This document shows positions 33,031-41,316 of a stretch of DNA of 64,000 bases, in pieces. The stretch covers positions 5,527 to 69,526 of the forward strand of contig DASWGV010000094.1 of assembly GCA_036393515.1 (NCBI GenBank), read 5' to 3'. The stretch's first letter is position 1. Every line of letters starts with the position of its first letter. Position numbers and translations under genes: made by a program. Under the pieces are notes generated by a model. It searched no databases. It saw only the letters and a program-made list of their open reading frames with translations, and was not told the DNA's origin. Source of the DNA: Gemmatimonadales bacterium. GTDB lineage: Bacteria > Gemmatimonadota > Gemmatimonadetes > Gemmatimonadales > GWC2-71-9.

Positions 33031-34995
33031 CTACTCGAAGCGGACCGCGAAGCGCTCAGCCCACATCGTCACGCCGACGATACGCCACAGGAGAAACGCC
33101 TGCCGCATGCCTAGTGTGCCCCCGACCCGCACCGACGCCGATAGCGGTCCCAATCCCGCCCGGGACAGCGCCGGAATCCGCCCGGCGGCTTCGAGGAGCT
33201 CGGTCAGGCGGGGGATCTGTGCCGGCCAGGTGTGTACCGGCACGGCGAATCCGACCTTGTCGGTCCGGTTGAGGATCGCCTCGGGGACGATCCCCCGCAT
33301 AGCCTCCCGGAAGACCCGCTTGGTCGATCCATCATTTCCGATCACGTAGTCCTCCGGGAGGCTCAGCACGAATTCGGCGAGCTCGCGCGTCAGGAATGGC
33401 AACCGTCCCTCCACGGAGTGCGCCATCGAGTTCCGATCCTCATACCGGAGCAAGATCGGCAGATTCACCTCCATGCCGTGCCGCAGCGCGCCGCGGAGCA
33501 CGTGGTGGTCGCTGACCCGAAGGGGTGGCCGCCCCTCGACACGCTGCTCCCGACACCAGGCTGCATTGATCCAGGGTTGCACCTTCCGGCTTCTGAATTG
33601 AGGCGAGAACCGTGGAGGCAACGACAACTGGATACCCCTCGCGGCGGTATGCCACGTCGGGGCCCCGCGTGCGTCACGCCGCCGCGCGGTCTGCCGAAGG
33701 AAGCGGCCCGCGGTGATGAATGAGCCTTCTCGCAGCATCGTGGCCAGGCGAGGTCCCCATTGGTGCCGATACCCGCCCATCACCTCGTCTCCGCCCTGGC
33801 CGCCCAAAACGACCGGCACCCCGGCTGCCCGCGCCGCCCCGAAGAGCCGGTATTGCGCGTAAATGGCGATGCTACCGAACGGCTCGCCCTGCGCCTCGAC
33901 CACCCGATCGATGTCCACCAACCAATCGCGAGGCTCCAGGTGGACTTTGTGTGGCAGCGCCTGGGAGGCCCCGTTCACCATGTCGATCCAGGACTCCTCG
34001 CTCACCGCTCCTTGCCCGCCGATATAGCTGAATGTGTGAAGATCGAGGCTTGGGCCGGCAAGGTGCCGCATCGCCATGACGATGGACGACGAATCGGTGC
34101 CACCGGACAACAGGGTCCCCACCGGTACATCACTGCGGAGATGCAGCGAAACGCTTTCCAGAAAGAGCTCTCGCAGACGAGAGGCCGCTCCCTGGAAGGC
34201 GAGCGGACGCTCGTTTGGCGTGATCTCCAAGCGCCAATATCTGAGCGGCCGGAAATCGTCCAGACGGTCGAGGCCGACGGTGACCGAGTGCGCCGGAGGG
34301 ACCGCGCGGATGTCTGCGAACGGGGTCGCAGCCGAGTGTCCCGTGATCCCCGTGTCGAGATACTCAAAAAGGGACTGGGGATCGACCCTCCGGCTGACCC
34401 CACGGAATCCGAGGAGCGCCGGGATTTCGGAGGCGATCACCCAACCCGACGGGATCCGCGCGTAGTACAGCGGCTTCATGCCGAAACAATCCCGTGCCAG
34501 GAACAGCCGGCCGGCGTGGAGATCGAGAATCGCGATCGCGTACATACCGTTCAGCCGTCCGAGGCACGCGGCCCCCCATTCCGCATAAGCCTGCAGCAGA
34601 ACCTCCGTATCGGAGCGTGATCGGAAGGGCCGACCACACGCTTCCAATTCCCGGCGCAATTCGAGATAGTTGTAGATCTCCCCGTTCAGCATCACCGCGT
34701 ACCGGCCGTCGGGACTGACCATTGGTTGGTGTCCGGCTTCGGTCCGGTCAATGATCGCGAGGCGCCGGTGGCTGAAGATCACGTTGGCCCACCCCTCGCG
34801 GTCACCCATCGGAGGGTGAATCTCACTGAGCTGGTCGTGCGCACTCCATTGGTGGGCTTGCCCCCGGCTCGGCCGGAAGACCAGGATGCCGCGATCGTCC
34901 GGGCCCCGGTGACCGACAGCGATGGCTGCGGCCCTCACGGACTCAGACATCTGATCGGGATCTGCGTGACCTACATAGACGACGATGCCGCACAT
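33031..34995 (-). CDS. asparagine synthase (glutamine-hydrolysing) family amidotransferase
   Basis: MCGIV N-terminal nucleophile, HRGPD, HRRLAIID, NGEIYN, SDTEV, and the PP-loop LLSGGTDSS. ATG at 34995 was chosen; the ORF-track extension is non-homologous. Confidence 0.9.
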   Translation of the reverse strand: MCGIVVYVGHADPDQMSESVRAAAIAVGHRGPDDRGILVFRPSRGQAHQWSAHDQLSEIHPPMGDREGWANVIFSHRRLAIIDRTEAGHQPMVSPDGRYAVMLNGEIYNYLELRRELEACGRPFRSRSDTEVLLQAYAEWGAACLGRLNGMYAIAILDLHAGRLFLARDCFGMKPLYYARIPSGWVIASEIPALLGFRGVSRRVDPQSLFEYLDTGITGHSAATPFADIRAVPPAHSVTVGLDRLDDFRPLRYWRLEITPNERPLAFQGAASRLRELFLESVSLHLRSDVPVGTLLSGGTDSSSIVMAMRHLAGPSLDLHTFSYIGGQGAVSEESWIDMVNGASQALPHKVHLEPRDWLVDIDRVVEAQGEPFGSIAIYAQYRLFGAARAAGVPVVLGGQGGDEVMGGYRHQWGPRLATMLREGSFITAGRFLRQTARRRDARGAPTWHTAARGIQLSLPPRFSPQFRSRKVQPWINAAWCREQRVEGRPPLRVSDHHVLRGALRHGMEVNLPILLRYEDRNSMAHSVEGRLPFLTRELAEFVLSLPEDYVIGNDGSTKRVFREAMRGIVPEAILNRTDKVGFAVPVHTWPAQIPRLTELLEAAGRIPALSRAGLGPLSASVRVGGTLGMRQAFLLWRIVGVTMWAERFAVRFE

Positions 34996-35217
34996 CGAAT
35001 GCACCACGCTGGACAGGAAGGGGCGACAGTGTGGACGGCGCCTGCGGAAACGAGCCAGTCCGATCCACACTGGGCAGAAGGTAAGGTGCCGCCGCGCGAC
35101 GTACATCCTCGGCTCCGTGCCTCCAAGGCCACCGCCCCAGTTCCGACTGTGTTGACAGCCGGGGCCGGGGCGCGACACCTTGCCGTTCGTTCGGGCAGTA
35201 GCCAGACCCTAGTCTGC

Positions 35218-35235
35218 TGTCCCATTTGTCCCATT
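35218..35235. repeat. tandem 9-bp direct repeat TGTCCCATT x2 in a divergent intergenic region
   Basis: Read directly: tgtcccatt tgtcccatt. It lies in the 392-nt gap between the divergent AsnB-like and nucleotidyltransferase genes. Function unknown. Confidence 0.5.
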
Positions 35236-35387
35236 CCAGTTGGACAGGCTTGCAGGGTTGCGGGAGTACTTGTCTCGAGCTCCGATGAGTACTGGCCGTC
35301 CTCGTACGCTCGAGATCACGCTATCGGCGACCAAACGCGCCGCAGCGAGCCCCACGTGGCCTGCCGGAACCTGCCACCCGACGCGAG

Positions 35388-36677
35388 GTGATGCCGGGAG
35401 CGATCGGGCCTGACGGCCTCGGCGTCGCGGAACGCCGGCTACTTCTGACGCTGTTGCGTCCATCGGTTGAGACTCAGCCCGCCCTCCGGGCGGACGCCGG
35501 CGACTGGGTCAGGCTGGCCGAAGCGATTCCCTGGGGGCTCGCGCCGTACGTCTACTGGTCCGCGACAAGGGTGGCAGCCAGCGCGGCGATCCCGAAGGAA
35601 CCCCTGGAACAGCTGCGGGCCGTCACCGGCCGCCTTGCCCTGACGCGCCTGCGTCAGCAGGCCGCGTTCCGCAGCGTCTGCGTTGGGCTGCGTGAGGCGA
35701 ACGTCCCCCATTTGGTGCTCAAAGGCGCAGCGCTGGCGCACCTCGTCTATCCCGATCCCGGTCTCCGCCCCATGAGTGACGTCGATCTCTGGGTGCCAGC
35801 GGACCGGCTCGAACAAGCCACGGCCATCCTGATGGCCCAGGGTCTGGAGTACCCCGAGCGCGTACGACTGGGTGCGCCGGTGGGAAGTCCGCCCGATCGA
35901 GCCTCCAGCCGAACGCTCGAGCCCCCCGGTGGCGGCGTGACGATCGAACTGCACGGGTCCGTTCCTTCACTGCACGGCGTTTCCTGGGGGACCTTCGACG
36001 CCGCGTGGCGGTCGGCCGTGCCCGCGACGCTCCACCACATCCCGGCGCACATCCTCTGCCCGTTTCACTTCCTGACTCACGTGGGCCTTCACGCCGCCCG
36101 GCGCGAACGCTTTCGCACCGGTCTGCTGCCGCTGCTCGACATCGCCCTCCTGGCCGACCATTGGACTCGCGAGTGGGACTGGGACGGGATGGCGGCGGCT
36201 TGGAATCGGGAGCGCGTTGGTCCGTGGATGCTCCTCTGTCTCACCCTGGCCCGAGACCTCCTGGCCGCGCCCATTCCCCACGATCTGGAGCGCCGCTGCG
36301 GCGTCCCGGTCGGCTGGACCGAAATGCGACAACTGGCGGAGGAACAGCTCTGGGACGGGCCGCGGTATCGGTTCCTGCTCGACCCCATGCGGGTTCGTGC
36401 AAACCGGGGCCTGCTGGGTTGGATGCGCCAGCGCATCGTGGATTACTACTGGCATTCGCCCCAACCACGTCCCGTGGCCGAGGTCGTGCGCGATGCGTTC
36501 CGCCGCGCGCGGTTTGACCTCACGGTCAAGCTGCCGCGCCACGTCCGGGGCTGGCGCAGCGGCGTGGTGGACCTGGGCTCACTGCGCCGCGGCGCCGCGT
36601 TGGCGCACGCCCGGCGCCAGCTGGAACAGCTGGTCCTTGGAGCGGGCGGCTTGGGCAGTCCGGATAGCGAGCCGTGA
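35388..36677 (+). CDS. uncharacterised nucleotidyltransferase family protein (NTP_transf_5-like)
   Basis: 429 aa. The pattern LVLKGAALAHLVYPDPGLRPMSDVDLWV...IELH is typical of the family that co-occurs with PqqD/HprK-like genes and lasso-type clusters. Confidence 0.7.
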   Translation: MMPGAIGPDGLGVAERRLLLTLLRPSVETQPALRADAGDWVRLAEAIPWGLAPYVYWSATRVAASAAIPKEPLEQLRAVTGRLALTRLRQQAAFRSVCVGLREANVPHLVLKGAALAHLVYPDPGLRPMSDVDLWVPADRLEQATAILMAQGLEYPERVRLGAPVGSPPDRASSRTLEPPGGGVTIELHGSVPSLHGVSWGTFDAAWRSAVPATLHHIPAHILCPFHFLTHVGLHAARRERFRTGLLPLLDIALLADHWTREWDWDGMAAAWNRERVGPWMLLCLTLARDLLAAPIPHDLERRCGVPVGWTEMRQLAEEQLWDGPRYRFLLDPMRVRANRGLLGWMRQRIVDYYWHSPQPRPVAEVVRDAFRRARFDLTVKLPRHVRGWRSGVVDLGSLRRGAALAHARRQLEQLVLGAGGLGSPDSEP

Positions 36678-36811
36678 AGGTCCGCCCCTCGCGGGCGGCG
36701 GGTTCTGTCGTCGGAAGAAGTCGGGTTGCCGCGAGTCCGGCGTCGCGATAGACTCCGCGGTGAGCCGGGCTCCCCGGTCTCCGCAGCCGAACATCGCAAG
36801 GAGTCGCCGCC

Positions 36812-37228
36812 GTGGCCTCCCCCTCGGTTGTTTCATCCGAAGTCGTCCAGACCGCCCAGGACAGCTACGACCGCTGTCGGCAGGCCCACGACTTTTTCCC
36901 CAAGTTCTACAACCGCCTGCTGGCCAGCAACGAGTCCATCCCGCCGATGTTCGTCAACACATCGTTCGAGAAGCAGAACAAGCTGCTCGATCACGGCATC
37001 GGGAGCTTGCTGATTTTCGCCAAACGGCGGAACCCGGCCCTCCTGCAACGGATCGCGGAGCGTCACGGCCGCCGTGACCTCGCCGTCAAGCCGTCCCTGT
37101 ACGGCTGCTTTCTGGACAGCCTGATCGCCGCGGTGGCGGAGTTCGATCCGCAGTTCAGCCCTGACGTCGAGCGGGCGTGGCGCGCTGCCATGACGCCCGG
37201 TATCGAGTTCATGAAGGCGGCGTTCTAG
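36812..37228 (+). CDS. single-domain globin
   Basis: 138 aa. VQDSYDRC...FFPKFYNRLL...F...KQ..LL.HGI...A.RH...V is a globin-fold pattern with a proximal-His candidate in AERHGRR. AAGGAG lies 8 nt upstream of the GTG start. Confidence 0.65.
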   Translation: MASPSVVSSEVVQTAQDSYDRCRQAHDFFPKFYNRLLASNESIPPMFVNTSFEKQNKLLDHGIGSLLIFAKRRNPALLQRIAERHGRRDLAVKPSLYGCFLDSLIAAVAEFDPQFSPDVERAWRAAMTPGIEFMKAAF

Positions 37229-37230
37229 CG

Positions 37231-39699
37231 ATGACCACGCAGGCCGCATGCGCCACCTGCGGCGCAGCAATCGAGGCGGGTGCTCGCTTTTGCGCCAGCT
37301 GCGGCACGGATGTCTCCGGCGAGCAGGGCAGCGTTGCGACCCGCCAGCTCAAGCCCAGCGCCGGGACCGCTGAGATCCGGGCCCTGCTACTCGAACGGCT
37401 CCGTGACGCCACGCTGGGAGACCTGGAGATTCTGGTTGAGCTGGGCCGCGGCGGGATGGCGACCGTCTATCTGGGGCACGACATCCACCTGGACCGCAAG
37501 GTCGCCGTCAAAGTCATGCACCCCGCGTTGCTCGAGGGCGAGGGCATGGTAGAGCGGTTCAAGCTGGAGGCCCGCACCGCCGCCAAGCTGAGCCACCCCC
37601 ACATCATCCCCATCTTCGCCGTCCGCGACGCCGACCAACTGCTCTACTTCGTCATGAAATTCGTCGAGGGGCGTCCCCTCGATTCCATCATCAAGGAGAT
37701 CGGCAAGCTGCCCATCCCCATGGTGCAGTCCATCCTCTCCAAGGTCGGCGAGGCGCTGGGCTATGCCCACCGGCACGGCGTCATCCATCGAGACATCAAG
37801 CCGGCCAACATCATGATTGACGTGGAGGGGCTGCCGGTCGTCACCGACTTCGGGATTGCCAAGGTGGCGGACAAGCAGGGCCTCACCATGACCGGCGCGA
37901 CCGTCGGCACGCCCACCTACATGAGTCCCGAGCAATGCACCGCCGGTACCATCACCGGCGCCACGGACCAGTACTCACTGGGCGTGGTGGCCTACGAGAT
38001 GCTCACCGGTCGCCTGCCGTTCCAGGGCGAGACCATCGTGAGCCTGATGTACAAGCACTGCCACGAGCCGCCCCCGCCGTTCCAGGAGATGCGCCCGGAT
38101 TGTCCCCCGGCGCTGCACGACGCGGTCATGCGCATGCTGCGCAAGGCGCCCGACGAACGGTTCCCCTCCATGGAGGCGGCGGTGGCCGAGATCGGCACGG
38201 TGGCGCTGGGCTTCGACGACCCCGTGCGGACGCAGCTCATCAGCTTGGCCAAGCAGGGCGAGAACCTGACGATCCTGAAGCGGGTAAGCACACCAACCAG
38301 CCAGACTCCCCTCGGCACCCGGGCGAAACGCACGGCGGTTCCGCGATCGGTGACGTCCGCGCCCACGGTGATTGAGCGGGCCAACCTGCCGCCTGAGCGA
38401 CGCCGCAGTCCCGTCGTCGCCGCTGCGGGTGGTGCCCTTGCGGTTGCGGCGGTGGCGCTGGTCCTCTGGCTCAAGCCCTGGGCCGGAGCAGCTCCCGCCG
38501 GATCGGCGATGCCAACGGCTGATCCAGGCGCTCCGGGCACGCTGCCCGCCGCCCGACTGACAGTCGAACCGGCGACGGCCCAACTCGTCGTGGGTGGCAC
38601 CATGCAGCTTGGGGCGACGATCCGGGCGGCTGATGGGAGCGGAAAGCCTGCGGGGGACGCGCGCTGGTCATCCACCAACCCGAGTGTGGCCTCCGTTTCC
38701 CCGGCGGGGCTGGTGACGGCCCTTGCTGCCGGCGCGACGACCATTCGCGTGACGACCGCGACCGGCGAGGCAGCCGCGGAGCTTCAGGTCGCGGCGGCGG
38801 CTGCCGCGCCATCCCCGGGCGGCGGGCCGGCGCCCGTCGTGGTGGCCTCGGTGCGGTTGGAGAGCGCGCCCGGGGTGCTCCGCGTGGGCGAGACCACTAC
38901 CCTACGCGCCACCGTGCTGGACCGGGCCGGGCGGCCGGTGGCCGGGCGTGACGTGACCTGGTCCAGTAACGACCGGTCGCGAGCCACGGTGTCGGCGGCA
39001 GGTGTGGTCACCGCACTGGCTCCGGGGGTGGTGCGGATCACGGCTCTCAGCGACGGTGCCAGTATCCTTCACACGCTGGAGATCGAGCCGGCGCGCGTCG
39101 CGTCCGTCACGGTCTCGCCGCCTCCCGGGGAGATCCCGGTTGGGGGATCGGCGCGACTGACCGCGACCCTCCACGCCGGGGACGGCCGTGCGCTGGCGGA
39201 TCGCGCCATGGTGTGGCGCAGCGCCAACCCGGGCGTCGCCACGGTGCAGGACGGCCTCGTGGTCGGCGTGGCGCCCGGCTCAAGCGTCATCAGCGCTGGC
39301 AGCGACGGGATCGAAGGCTCCGTCCCTGTTACGGTGGCCACGCCCGCTGCGGCGGCTAGGCCGACATCGGTGGATCCGCGGGAGGCAGTCGGCGCGGTCA
39401 TTCAGGAATACGCGCGCGCTCTGGAGTCGCGGGATATCACCGAGGTGCGGCGGGTCTATCCCGGCATTCCGGCCAACCAGGAGGCGCAGGTCGCCCAGAC
39501 ATTGCGCTCGCTGGACAACCTGAAGGTGACCCTGACGGTGCAACGGCTGGAGATTCGCGAAGACGTGGCCCGCGCCGACGTCAGCGGGCAGTACAATTTC
39601 TTCAGCCGCGACAACCGGCGGAACGAAAACCTCCCGGTCCGGCTCCAGATGGTCCTGGAACTGCGAGGCGGCGGTTGGCGTATCCAGTCCATTCAATGA
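37231..39699 (+). CDS. Ser/Thr protein kinase with N-terminal zinc-ribbon, TM segment, three Big_2-type Ig-like repeats and C-terminal NTF2/SnoaL-like domain
   Basis: CATCG...CASCG zinc ribbon. Hanks kinase motifs GRGGMATVY, VAVKV, HRDIKPANIM, DFGIAK, GTPTYMSPE. Repeated ...VSPAGLVTALAAGATTIRV... Ig-like modules. Confidence 0.9.
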   Translation: MTTQAACATCGAAIEAGARFCASCGTDVSGEQGSVATRQLKPSAGTAEIRALLLERLRDATLGDLEILVELGRGGMATVYLGHDIHLDRKVAVKVMHPALLEGEGMVERFKLEARTAAKLSHPHIIPIFAVRDADQLLYFVMKFVEGRPLDSIIKEIGKLPIPMVQSILSKVGEALGYAHRHGVIHRDIKPANIMIDVEGLPVVTDFGIAKVADKQGLTMTGATVGTPTYMSPEQCTAGTITGATDQYSLGVVAYEMLTGRLPFQGETIVSLMYKHCHEPPPPFQEMRPDCPPALHDAVMRMLRKAPDERFPSMEAAVAEIGTVALGFDDPVRTQLISLAKQGENLTILKRVSTPTSQTPLGTRAKRTAVPRSVTSAPTVIERANLPPERRRSPVVAAAGGALAVAAVALVLWLKPWAGAAPAGSAMPTADPGAPGTLPAARLTVEPATAQLVVGGTMQLGATIRAADGSGKPAGDARWSSTNPSVASVSPAGLVTALAAGATTIRVTTATGEAAAELQVAAAAAAPSPGGGPAPVVVASVRLESAPGVLRVGETTTLRATVLDRAGRPVAGRDVTWSSNDRSRATVSAAGVVTALAPGVVRITALSDGASILHTLEIEPARVASVTVSPPPGEIPVGGSARLTATLHAGDGRALADRAMVWRSANPGVATVQDGLVVGVAPGSSVISAGSDGIEGSVPVTVATPAAAARPTSVDPREAVGAVIQEYARALESRDITEVRRVYPGIPANQEAQVAQTLRSLDNLKVTLTVQRLEIREDVARADVSGQYNFFSRDNRRNENLPVRLQMVLELRGGGWRIQSIQ

Positions 39700-41300
39700 C
39701 GCCGGCGAGGCTCGGTCGTCTGGCGTGGGCCGCCGGCACGGCGGCACTTGTGGGGTTGGCCTGTGCCGACCTGATGACGATCCTCGAGCCCAGGGTCGTG
39801 AGCGTCCGGATCACCCCCGACACGGCGTATCTGCGGATTGGCGACGTGGCGTTGTTCCGGGCGGCGCCGCTGGACGGCTCAGCCGCCATCGTGGCCCAGG
39901 CCCGCGCGGTCTGGAACAGCAGCGCGCCGGCCGTCGCCGCGGTCAACGATACCGGATTGGTGGTCGCCGCCGCCGCGGGCGTCACCACGGTGACGGCCGC
40001 CGCCAACGGCGTCGAGGGCCAGTCCCACGTGCAGGTGAGCGGGGCCCCCGCCGCCATCGCGATCGCCGCGGGGGACAACCAGACCGCCGCGGTGAACGCC
40101 GCCGTCTCGGTGCCCCCGGCCGTCCGCGTCACCGACGCCTCCGGGAACCCGGTCCCGCAGGAGCCGGTGACGTTCGCGGTCACGAGCGGGGGGGGCACCG
40201 TGAGTCCCACGACCAGCGTCCTCACCGGCGGTGACGGCGTCGCCCTCGCGACGTCATGGACCATGGGGCCTTCTCCCGGGACCAATACGCTCACCGCCAC
40301 CGCCAGTGCTAGCGGTCTCGTCGGCAATCCCGTGACCTTCAGCGCCACCGCGACCGTGGGACCGCCGCACGCCGCGCAATCCTCGGTGATCGCCGCGCCC
40401 GCGACTATCGCACCCAGCTCTGGCGCCAGCTCCACTACCATCACCGTCACCGTGCGGGATTCGGCGGGCAGCACCATCAGCGGAGCGACCGTGGTGTTGG
40501 CGGCGACCGGGAGCGGCAACGCGATCACGCAGCCGGCGGGGCCCACTGATCTCCAGGGCCAGGCGCAGGGCACGCTGAGCTCCACCACCGCGGAGACCAA
40601 GGTGGTGTCGGCCACGGTGAATGGGACCGTCCAGGTCACCCAGACCGCCAGCGTGCTGGTCTCGGCGACGGCCCCCGCGGGGCTGGCCATCGTGACGCAG
40701 CCGGCGGGCGCCACCGCCAACGTCGCGTTGGGCACGCAGCCGGTGGTGGACGTCGTGGACGGCTTCGGGAACCGGGTCGCGGCGGCCACGGACGTGGTCA
40801 CCGTCAGCCTGGCCGGCGGGGAGGGCACGTTGATCGGGCCGAACGGGGAGGTCGGGTCGGTCAGCGTCGCCGCGAGCGCCGGCCGCGTGGTCTTCGCTGG
40901 CCTCCGCATCCGAGGCCCGAGCGCCACCAGTGACACGCTGGGCCCGGGGGTGCATCAGCTGCGCTTTGCGGCGTCAGGGTTCAGCGACGTGGTGTCGGCG
41001 AATCTCAATGTCGAGGTGTCCTACGGGTACAATGTGCAGCGGGTGTACGACCTGAATGGCTGCGTCACGTGTCACGGCCTCACCTACGCCAACAGCGTGA
41101 ATCAGCCCACCGGGGCAGGCGCGTGCGCCGGACGCCTGCGGGTCGTGCCCGGCGATACCACCGTGGCGAGCGTCATCTATGACAAGGTGCGGACCGCCAC
41201 GCCGTCGTGCGGCGTGGTCATGCCGCCGGCGGGCCTGATATCCGCCCGACAGATCACCATCATTCGCGACTGGATTCTGCAGGGCGCCAAGAACAACTGA
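39696..41300 (+). CDS. Ig-like repeat lipoprotein with C-terminal PSCyt1-type (planctomycete cytochrome c-like) heme domain
   Basis: Lipobox LVGLAC. Big_2/Big_1-like repeats. C-terminal CVTCHG...VVPGDTTVASVIYDKV...MPPAG.ISARQITIIRDWILQGA. ATGA overlap with the kinase stop. Confidence 0.7.
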   Translation: MTPARLGRLAWAAGTAALVGLACADLMTILEPRVVSVRITPDTAYLRIGDVALFRAAPLDGSAAIVAQARAVWNSSAPAVAAVNDTGLVVAAAAGVTTVTAAANGVEGQSHVQVSGAPAAIAIAAGDNQTAAVNAAVSVPPAVRVTDASGNPVPQEPVTFAVTSGGGTVSPTTSVLTGGDGVALATSWTMGPSPGTNTLTATASASGLVGNPVTFSATATVGPPHAAQSSVIAAPATIAPSSGASSTTITVTVRDSAGSTISGATVVLAATGSGNAITQPAGPTDLQGQAQGTLSSTTAETKVVSATVNGTVQVTQTASVLVSATAPAGLAIVTQPAGATANVALGTQPVVDVVDGFGNRVAAATDVVTVSLAGGEGTLIGPNGEVGSVSVAASAGRVVFAGLRIRGPSATSDTLGPGVHQLRFAASGFSDVVSANLNVEVSYGYNVQRVYDLNGCVTCHGLTYANSVNQPTGAGACAGRLRVVPGDTTVASVIYDKVRTATPSCGVVMPPAGLISARQITIIRDWILQGAKNN

Positions 41301-41316
41301 CCGTGGCGCCGGCGGG

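Noticed and set aside
31537-34995. Reading the PqqD + AsnB-homologue + small-peptide set as a canonical lasso-peptide locus
   Set aside because: No transglutaminase-type B2 leader protease is present. The peptide has no Asp/Glu after residue 23 to form the macrolactam, and no Thr at the -2 position relative to a plausible Gly/Ala/Ser/Cys-initiated core containing an acidic residue at core position 7-9. The AsnB homologue retains the glutaminase Cys. I kept it as 'lasso-related machinery, different chemistry'.
34996-35178. 61-codon N-terminal extension of the AsnB-like ORF
   Set aside because: Class II amidotransferases require Cys as the first residue after Met removal. MCGIV at 34995 is the conserved start, and the extension has no homology-like features.
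35285-35413. 42-codon plus-strand ORF in the large intergenic region, considered as a second precursor
   Set aside because: It has no RBS and mixed third-position composition. It runs into the nucleotidyltransferase start in another frame and bears no resemblance to the WWW peptide.
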